In this document: positions 1 through 6,218 of the stretch, in pieces | Layout of the letters: every line of letters begins with the position of its first letter | Numbering within the stretch: position 1 is the stretch's first letter | DNA from: a virus | Taxonomy: Duplodnaviria; Caudoviricetes | Length of the DNA stretch: 64,000 bases | IMG/VR virus record: IMGVR_UViG_3300028832_000004 | Coordinates: 63,988 to 127,987 of that record | Reading direction: 5' to 3' (one strand) | Program-made: the position numbers and the translations under genes | The notes under the pieces: generated by a model | The model's input: the letters and a program-made list of their open reading frames with translations, nothing else | What the model was told of the DNA's origin: nothing | Databases searched by the model: none

Positions 1-8
1 TGCAGTAT

Positions 9-398
9 ATGCCCAAATCCGAGAAAGAAACCGGGGTCAACATATACCACGCCGTGAAGGCAAAATATGTGGCCGAAATCAAAAAGATCGGGACGATTCT
101 TGATGGGAAGGACCTCTTCTCCGGCATTACATTCAAGGCCGGAAAGAAGTATTTTCGCGTGGATACCTTCGGAGGCGCGGTCGATTTTGAAATTCGCGTT
201 ACGCCGCTGACCTACACGAAAAACGTGGAATGTGATTATAAAAAAGGCATCGTGCGCCATCTCAAGGCAGAATACGACCAAAGAAAAACAAAAAAGCTCC
301 ACCGCAAGAATTTCGAAAAGACGATCGGCGCCTTCAAAAATGAAAAGGATTTCGCGACCAAGTTCTTTGCCAAGTTTGGCTTCTTGGGCCTCGTTTAG
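9..398 (+). CDS. hypothetical protein
   Basis: 129-aa Lys-rich ORF, no recognised motif. Confidence 0.6.
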   Translation: MPKSEKETGVNIYHAVKAKYVAEIKKIGTILDGKDLFSGITFKAGKKYFRVDTFGGAVDFEIRVTPLTYTKNVECDYKKGIVRHLKAEYDQRKTKKLHRKNFEKTIGAFKNEKDFATKFFAKFGFLGLV

Positions 399-446
399 CA
401 CCCGCTATAATTGATTATATTTGAAAAAGATTCATTGGAGCAATAT

Positions 447-935
447 ATGCCTAAATTGAAACTTATTGATAGGCGCACGCCGATGGAAAACGCCTTCATC
501 GAAATGATGTCCAATAACCTCGGCGATACAGGGCTCCACCCGAAAGTCGGAATCTTCTGGTATTCGCCCGCACATGGATGCTTCGGGGTGGACTACTCAT
601 ATTACGATGAGGCGCCGTTCATGCCTAATAGCTTCTTCAGCCAAAAGGCGAATATGAGCAGACGCGTCCATCAAAATTATTGGAAAATCCTAAAACAGCG
701 TAATAAATTGCCTAAGGAATATGCGGCAATTTCCGACTATACACAGATACCGAGGGGGCGCGTATTCGGGCTTGAGGACGGCACGTTCAGGGTTATGCAC
801 GGCAAATGGCTTGACCAATACCCCGATGCAAAACAGGATATCTTGGATGAGTTTGAGCTTCCGCCGGAAAAAACAATCTTTGTATACTCCGATCATTGGG
901 ATATAGGGCACGGATGGGGCGAGGAACTCGCATAA
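447..935 (+). CDS. hypothetical protein (possible internal head protein)
   Basis: ATG at 447 after GGAG RBS; N-terminus MPKLKL resembles the cargo-family leaders; followed by a terminator. Confidence 0.65.
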   Translation: MPKLKLIDRRTPMENAFIEMMSNNLGDTGLHPKVGIFWYSPAHGCFGVDYSYYDEAPFMPNSFFSQKANMSRRVHQNYWKILKQRNKLPKEYAAISDYTQIPRGRVFGLEDGTFRVMHGKWLDQYPDAKQDILDEFELPPEKTIFVYSDHWDIGHGWGEELA

Positions 936-961
936 CGCGCAGATATCGCATTCCAATTCAA

Positions 962-990
962 AAGGCGGGCATTTGCCCGCCTTCTTTGTT
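962..990. terminator. bidirectional intrinsic terminator
   Basis: AAGGCGGGC-ATTT-GCCCGCCTT hairpin with T-tract, between convergent genes; near-identical copies at 32226 and 50285. Confidence 0.8.
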
Positions 991-1021
991 TTATGCCTTT
1001 ATAGCGCTGTTTATGCGCAAA

Positions 1022-1786
1022 TTAGAAGGTATCCCAAATGAGCTGGTTGAGCTTGGCGACCGCACAACTAATCATATGCCCGCGGTTGTATCCATAAGCA
1101 CGGATGAACTCCGGAACGGATGTAACCGGCTTGATGTAAGTGAAGGAGTCCACCGAATCAAAGTCAATGTAGCGGGCAAGCTTGGAAGTGATCCCGAGGC
1201 CGTGAATATGCACATCGCGGGCGCGGGCGTACCAAACGAGCTCGCGCATCAGGCGGGCAACATCATGGCAGTTCGTCAAGCCCGATCCGGCAACGCCACC
1301 GATGGCGAAGAAGCCGCCGGGGCCGACCTGCTGGCAATAATCCGCGAACTTTTGAATCGGGTCAAAGATATGCCAAACGAGGGTAGGTTCCTCTCCGACA
1401 AGCTGGATGAGCTTGTCGCGGAGACGCGCATATTCCTTTTCGCCAACCACGGACTGAATATCCAATTCGAAGAAGTGGGTGAAATACTTGCGATACTTCT
1501 TGATGAAAGCCGCGTAGTCTTCCACATACTTGTCAAGGCTGAATTCGCCCTTGAGCTTCCCCTTCTTGGCTGCCATCATCATAGAGAAGGCGCCGGAGTC
1601 AAGCAAGATTTCTTGTCCCGGTTCGGGACCTGAGTAAAGCTCCAGCGCCTCCTCGACGCGTTCGGGAGATGCCTTGGACAAGTAATAGAACGACACAAGG
1701 CAATATTTAAATTTGTATTTACGGAATGCTTCTTTCGATACGGACGCATGAAGCTTTCCGATGTCAAGACCGGCGTAATACTTCAA
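1022..1786 (-). CDS. TGT-fold (queuine tRNA-ribosyltransferase/DpdA-like) base-exchange protein
   Basis: Motifs LLDSGAFS, FELD, AIGG, HIHGLG, FDSVDS typical of TGT-like barrels; adjacent to ParB-like gene. Confidence 0.7.
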   Translation of the reverse strand: MKYYAGLDIGKLHASVSKEAFRKYKFKYCLVSFYYLSKASPERVEEALELYSGPEPGQEILLDSGAFSMMMAAKKGKLKGEFSLDKYVEDYAAFIKKYRKYFTHFFELDIQSVVGEKEYARLRDKLIQLVGEEPTLVWHIFDPIQKFADYCQQVGPGGFFAIGGVAGSGLTNCHDVARLMRELVWYARARDVHIHGLGITSKLARYIDFDSVDSFTYIKPVTSVPEFIRAYGYNRGHMISCAVAKLNQLIWDTF

Positions 1787-1797
1787 AGCGGACCTCC

Positions 1798-2388
1798 TTA
1801 CACCTTGTCCCAGCCGATAATATCAAAGTTTCCTTCGTCTTCGGAATTATCGTTAACCGGACCTTCGGATCCATCAACATCCACCGGACATTCCGGTTCG
1901 GCGACTGCATTGGATTCGCCAACGATTTCGGAAGCGATACCTGCTTCTTGCGGGAGCATGTTACGCTTCTTGAGAATCTTAGGATCGAGCGGGCGGATGT
2001 TCTTGATGTCCGTAATGATGTTCTTCATTTCGGTGAGATACTTGGAGTGAACGCGGCCGCCCATAATTTCCTTCGCAACGGAAGCAAAGTCCAGCTTGCC
2101 GAGGGACTGCGTCACGTTGTCGATGATGCGGAGTTCGTCTTCAGCCTCCTTGTCAAGGTCGGAAATGATGCACGGAATTTCGGACAAGCCTAGTTTCTGT
2201 GCAGCCATGAGGCGGCCGTGACCGGTAATGACAACATGTTCGGCGTTCACCACAATCGGAATTTGGAAGCCGAAGCATTCAATGGAGTTCGCGATGGAAT
2301 CCACGTTATCGGCGTGGGTCTTGTTGTTGTTCTTGTAGGGGTAAATGCACTTTACCGGGAGGTATACGATTTCGAGTTTGTGTTCCAT
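1798..2388 (-). CDS. ParB/Srx-like N-terminal domain protein
   Basis: PYKNNNKTH..IANSIECFGFQIPIVV..ITGHGRLMAAQKLG..RIIDN; ATG 2388 after AAAGGA. Confidence 0.85.
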   Translation of the reverse strand: MEHKLEIVYLPVKCIYPYKNNNKTHADNVDSIANSIECFGFQIPIVVNAEHVVITGHGRLMAAQKLGLSEIPCIISDLDKEAEDELRIIDNVTQSLGKLDFASVAKEIMGGRVHSKYLTEMKNIITDIKNIRPLDPKILKKRNMLPQEAGIASEIVGESNAVAEPECPVDVDGSEGPVNDNSEDEGNFDIIGWDKV

Positions 2389-2423
2389 TGTATTCCTTTT
2401 GAAAAGATACATAAATATACGAA

Positions 2424-2452
2424 AGGAGGCGCCTAGATTTTAGGCGCCTCCT
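2424..2452 (-). terminator. intrinsic terminator closing the minus-strand ncRNA island
   Basis: 12-bp inverted repeat AGGAGGCGCCTA/TAGGCGCCTCCT followed by TTT on the minus strand. Confidence 0.6.
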
Positions 2453-2671
2453 ACACCAGGAAAGAAAATTAGTCCGGATACGACGCGCTGAATTTCACAG
2501 ACTCAAAGGCTATACAAGACCATATCCGGTCCGCGCAGAATAATTGTGCCCCCTACTAATGACTTGTTTCCAGCCCTCGCGGCCACCGGAGTTCGGATTT
2601 CCACCGTATTGAACAGGGCTATCTCCAGTCAGGTGGCGGCTGCCCTCATGAGGTATGACTAAATATACGAT

Positions 2672-2784
2672 GCCAGTGACTCGGGGAAGGATCGAACTTC
2701 CGAGGATTGCGGCCCATCACAGTCGCGGCGCCTCTGCTTCCGCGACTCACGGCTTGCCAACCACCGCTCACGCAAACCACTGAC
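2672..2784 (-). ncRNA. tRNA-like RNA with non-canonical anticodon arm
   Basis: 12-bp terminal stem, D-like arm GCGG-TGGTTGGCAAG-CCGT, 8-bp stem with 11-nt loop in the anticodon position, perfect T arm GGAAG-TTCGATC-CTTCC. Confidence 0.55.
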
Positions 2785-2785
2785 A

Positions 2786-3118
2786 TCAAAAAGCGTGTTC
2801 GCCCCAATCGGCATGCGGATGCTTATGCCTGAATGCTTTGTGCCACGCCTTTCCAAACTTTGATACGTGGAACATTACATTGGTGCCGGGACCCGGCGCT
2901 TCCCTGCTTGTCATAAGCCCTTTTGCGACCAATGATTCACAAGCGAGAAAGTTATTGTCTTTGATATTGCGGTTGCATCCAAAGAAGTTTCTATAGCCAC
3001 CGGATCCCCAGCCATTATAGATCGGGTAGGAGTCGAAACCCAGGGAGTGTGTCATTACCTTAACTTCTTCGACAGAGCAGGTCACTCCATAAAAACCAAG
3101 TCGCAATCCTTTTGACAT
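2786..3118 (-). CDS. hypothetical protein
   Basis: 110-aa ORF with GAGGG RBS. Confidence 0.65.
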   Translation of the reverse strand: MSKGLRLGFYGVTCSVEEVKVMTHSLGFDSYPIYNGWGSGGYRNFFGCNRNIKDNNFLACESLVAKGLMTSREAPGPGTNVMFHVSKFGKAWHKAFRHKHPHADWGEHAF

Positions 3119-3134
3119 TTTGAACCCTCTTAAA

Positions 3135-3215
3135 TGGTATGCGGCAGTTCCGCTCTTACCTGCCCGGTTTCCGCTTTGGGGCGGGCGCCGTTAAGCCTCG
3201 GAGTAGAACTGCCGC
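3135..3215 (-). ncRNA. putative structured small RNA
   Basis: 10-bp closing stem GCGGCAGTTC/GAACTGCCGC with nested helices, ending ATACCA on the minus strand. Confidence 0.35.
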
Positions 3216-3566
3216 TAGGCATTGGCCACTGCTGTTAGCCACCAACTATTATGCGGTAGTTAAGTCCCGTCAGGTGTATCGGACCCTGCGTCGCCCCCAT
3301 TGCCAAGCGGGGAATCTTTCTCGGCCTGTTCATCGCCATGCTTTACTGAACAGGCAACTTCTTGTAGCGACCGGTTGTATGTCTCTTTGCAAGGAGTGAA
3401 GGAAACCGGAAAACAAAGCTCTCCTCTTTCAAAATGAAAGGTGCTGACAAGGGATTCTAGCTTTATGCCACGCGCGGCTCTTCACCGTCTCAGGGGATTG
3501 CTCCCGCACCTCTTTCAAAAGCGTCGCCTCGAAGATGCATTCCCCGAGACTTCTGCCGTATCCCTA

Positions 3567-3640
3567 AACGCGTTACCGGACTCGAACCAGTGGCTTACCG
3601 GGTGTATCCGCCCGAGCTCTACCAACTGAGCTAAACGTGT
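3567..3640 (-). tRNA. atypical tRNA-like gene, 8-nt anticodon loop CGGATACA (Ile-GAT-like)
   Basis: ACACGTT/AACGCGT acceptor (1 mismatch), D arm GCTC-AGTTGGTA-GAGC, TCGGG/CCCGG stem, T arm ACTGG-TTCGAGT-CCGGT; no U33. Confidence 0.7.
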
Positions 3641-3755
3641 AGGGGTTTCGACAGCATTTCAAACTTGCGGTGCGCTCTAGCCCGGTGGAGCGATGCGTTC
3701 CTCGTAAGGACTGAGCATCCGGGCGTCACCAAACATAATATACGCCGCAATAAAC

Positions 3756-3980
3756 CTAATGATTCGGATCTACAAGGCGGACAAGATCGCCCACGGTCTT
3801 TATACGATCCAGTTCTGAATCGGAAATGTTGGCGCCGAACTCATCTTCCAAATCTAGTGAAATCATAAGACGCTCATAGTCATCCTCCGAAAAGACAGTT
3901 TCAAGATTGGTATCCTCGGTGATGTCCGAAATGGCGAGGCGGTCTTCGAGAATGGTCTTAACACGATCAAATGCGGTCAT
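3756..3980 (-). CDS. acyl carrier protein-like protein lacking the phosphopantetheinylated Ser
   Basis: FDRVKTIL..DITEDTNL..LEDEFGANISDSELDRIKTVGDLV aligns with AcpP; DSL motif reads DDY. Confidence 0.8.
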   Translation of the reverse strand: MTAFDRVKTILEDRLAISDITEDTNLETVFSEDDYERLMISLDLEDEFGANISDSELDRIKTVGDLVRLVDPNH

Positions 3981-4056
3981 ATACTATTCCTTAAAATAAA
4001 TCGTTTGCGCGTGATGCCCAAGCCTAAGATGAGGCATCACGCCTTCTTTTATGTAG

Positions 4057-4129
4057 GGGCAGGAGCCGGACTCGGACCGGCAACCTAGGAATTAGTATAT
4101 TCCCTGCTCTACCATTGAGCTATCCCGCC
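4057..4129 (-). tRNA. atypical tRNA-like gene, 8-nt anticodon loop TATACTAA
   Basis: GGCGGGA/TCCTGCC acceptor, D arm GCTC-AATGGTA-GAGC, GGGAA/TTCCT stem, T loop TCCGAGT. Confidence 0.75.
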
Positions 4130-4149
4130 ATAGTCCTTGTGGTTGATAG

Positions 4150-4430
4150 TCACTTTTCGTTCGGGAGTAGCCGAACGAGCCCTGAAGGATGCCGGGCGCT
4201 CCGTCTTCCCACCCTATTGACGGAACAGAGGGAAACTACTCCACACGGGTAATCAGCCCGTACTACGTAGCCGGTCCTGATGCAGTTTGGCCCTCCACCG
4301 AGCACTGCTTAGTCGGTAGCCGTAGCATCCGACCTACATCAGTCAGTTTTCCGATTTCCTTCAGCCTAATGCGGTCTCCAGCGCTTTGCCTCGGTCCGCT
4401 TCGCTTATCACGGTCACCTTGGCAAAACCT
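4150..4430 (-). ncRNA. large multi-helix structured RNA, unclassified
   Basis: At least six hairpins, long-range CTGAAGGA/TCCTTCAG helix and a GAGTAG/CTACTC loop pairing; no convincing ORF. Confidence 0.45.
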
Positions 4431-4435
4431 CATCG

Positions 4436-4551
4436 GGAGGTGATTAAATATACATACCAAATGCTCTACACGTTGGCAGGTGCTTCGCCCCGTCTGTGAC
4501 CTCGGCGTGCAACTTGCGTATCGGTATCCCTGTCGAAACCAAGGCACCCCC
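4436..4551 (-). ncRNA. miniature tmRNA-like RNA (no mRNA-like domain, no T arm)
   Basis: GGGGGTG-CCTTGGTTTCGACAGGG start, GCACGCCGAGG and AACGTGTAG helix-2 hallmarks, 3' CACCTCC giving G3.U70. Confidence 0.65.
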
Positions 4552-4557
4552 GATAGT

Positions 4558-4746
4558 TTAAACCTGAACCGGAGCCTGAGCTTCAGCCTTCGGAGCCTTG
4601 GCGGCCTTTTCAGCGGCCCGTTCAGCCTTGCGCTGCTCACGGAGCGGGGTCAATTCGGCGAGAACCTGCGATGTATCTTTTCCACCCTTCTTAAGGGTCG
4701 ACAGCTTATGTGTGAGCTTGCGAATCTTCAACTGCAATTCGGTCAT
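4558..4746 (-). CDS. small basic Lys/Ala-rich protein
   Basis: ATG 4746 after AAGGAG; CGTATATT -10 at about 4788-4795. Confidence 0.65.
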   Translation of the reverse strand: MTELQLKIRKLTHKLSTLKKGGKDTSQVLAELTPLREQRKAERAAEKAAKAPKAEAQAPVQV

Positions 4747-4901
4747 TTGAAACTCCTTGGTTGATATGCCAATTAAATGTCTTCTGTAATATACGGACAG
4801 CTGGACCATTTCGTCCAGCCGTGAGGTATAAGAAAATTTAAGGACTATACGGTTTCCGCTGCCCTAAATGAAATCCGCCCTCTTTTTTTCGATAAAACGG
4901 G

Positions 4902-4930
4902 GTGTCTTTTTCAAATAATGGAGCTATATT
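4902..4930 (+). promoter_or_regulatory. phage early promoter, copy 1
   Basis: GTGTCTTTTTCA-N11-TATATT; 7 copies in the window with identical spacing. Confidence 0.85.
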
Positions 4931-4973
4931 ATATTCATAGCCTGCAGGTAGCGGGCGAAATAAGGAAAGAAAT

Positions 4974-5258
4974 ATGATCAAGAATTTCAAAAAAGAATTG
5001 TACGGCTGGTGCGCAACCTACGTTGCCACAGTAAAACGCCACTTCGTCTATAGGCTCAAGCATACAGAGGCAAAAGCCTTCAAGGTATTTGTCGAATATA
5101 AAGGGCAGACGTTTGCCAAAACATTCAAGAAAAATGCCATCTGTTGCGTCAAAGGGCATTACCATGTGAACGGCATTATCCTTTGGGCAAAAACCATTAT
5201 GCCGCGTAATCCGGGCGATGTTTGGGTGTTCGTCTCGAAAATTCAGGTCAAGTACTAA
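4974..5258 (+). CDS. hypothetical early protein
   Basis: First ORF after the promoter; AAGGAAAGA RBS. Confidence 0.7.
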   Translation: MIKNFKKELYGWCATYVATVKRHFVYRLKHTEAKAFKVFVEYKGQTFAKTFKKNAICCVKGHYHVNGIILWAKTIMPRNPGDVWVFVSKIQVKY

Positions 5259-5259
5259 T

Positions 5260-5508
5260 ATGAAAATGCCCCGCCTCAAAACTAGTATGGAACGCCTGCT
5301 CTTCGCGATCAATCGCTACCACACATTTGATGAGGGAGGTAGCTACCATTGGGCGCAATCAAACCGGGCACGCTCGCTTGACAAGACCAAATGGCATCGC
5401 GACCAAGGCATCCTCATGAAAGTGAAGGCAAACTTTTGGGATAAGGTCGTCAAATACTACGCGGCGAAGATCGAAGGCGCCGATTATCTCATCACACGCT
5501 ATTTATAA
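5260..5508 (+). CDS. hypothetical early protein
   Basis: Tightly packed ORF in the plus-strand operon. Confidence 0.6.
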   Translation: MKMPRLKTSMERLLFAINRYHTFDEGGSYHWAQSNRARSLDKTKWHRDQGILMKVKANFWDKVVKYYAAKIEGADYLITRYL

Positions 5509-5520
5509 AAGGAGTCCATC

Positions 5521-5832
5521 ATGAAAAAAGCAACCGAAACTAAATTCAACCCGGATGAAAACGCATTAATTCGGGATCTAATGACGAAACTCTATGACCA
5601 TGCGGAATGTGCCGCTTTCAATAAGTCCTCAAGTCGAGTTGTCCTAGGGATTGGTGGTTTCAATAAAAAATTCAAAAAAATCGAAATCATTAAAAATTCG
5701 GATGCAGTATTTGCTGTCGAGGTTGTTACGGGGCACTTTGTAACGTGCTCCATGACATGGAAGGACTCCTTCAAAAATTTGCTTCGCCGTATGGAACTTG
5801 AACTGGTTCACCCCGAATTTCAGGAGGACTAA
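5521..5832 (+). CDS. hypothetical early protein
   Basis: AAGGAG RBS, operon packing. Confidence 0.7.
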   Translation: MKKATETKFNPDENALIRDLMTKLYDHAECAAFNKSSSRVVLGIGGFNKKFKKIEIIKNSDAVFAVEVVTGHFVTCSMTWKDSFKNLLRRMELELVHPEFQED

Positions 5833-5967
5833 CAATGAAGTCCGTATCTTATGAAACCCTCCGCCGCATTATGGCGGGCCGCATTGCGCAGCGCTACCAC
5901 GATGCCGCCATCAAGGCTGTACGCGAACGCTACGTGACACATTAAACAAGGCGGGGAAGGAGACAGT

Positions 5968-6210
5968 ATGATCGCTATACGCCATATTAGAAAAGAACGG
6001 AAAGGCCGGAAAACCGTAGAAAAGCCCTACGGCGATCCCATCAAATTTTTAGATTTACAGTCGGAAGCAAGCACCTTTGTGCAGAGCTGGAATAGCGGAT
6101 CGATGCTGTCGAGAATCACGGCGGAGAATTGGTCCATAGGACAGTTCGCCGAGTGGGTCCGCGAACAACTTGAAAACATCAATAACCGATTGGATAACCA
6201 TAATTTATAG
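5968..6210 (+). CDS. hypothetical protein
   Basis: AAGGAG RBS. Confidence 0.65.
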   Translation: MIAIRHIRKERKGRKTVEKPYGDPIKFLDLQSEASTFVQSWNSGSMLSRITAENWSIGQFAEWVREQLENINNRLDNHNL

Positions 6211-6218
6211 GAGGTCCC

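Noticed and set aside
3437-3517. TPP or lysine riboswitch (AGGTGC..CTGAGA)
   Set aside because: The remaining conserved cores are absent and no metabolic gene follows
3520-3566. HDV-like theta ribozyme in tRNA 3' trailers
   Set aside because: Could not build the nested double pseudoknot here or after the other tRNAs
4090-4100. CTA in the loop of the 4057-4129 tRNA suggesting an amber suppressor and TAG recoding
   Set aside because: CTA is not in the 34-36 register, and conserved genes are intact in code 11 with TAG used as a normal stop
4263-4640. 125-aa ORF across the mini-tmRNA and structured RNA
   Set aside because: Non-ATG start inside another gene, atypical composition; the region is better explained by RNA structure
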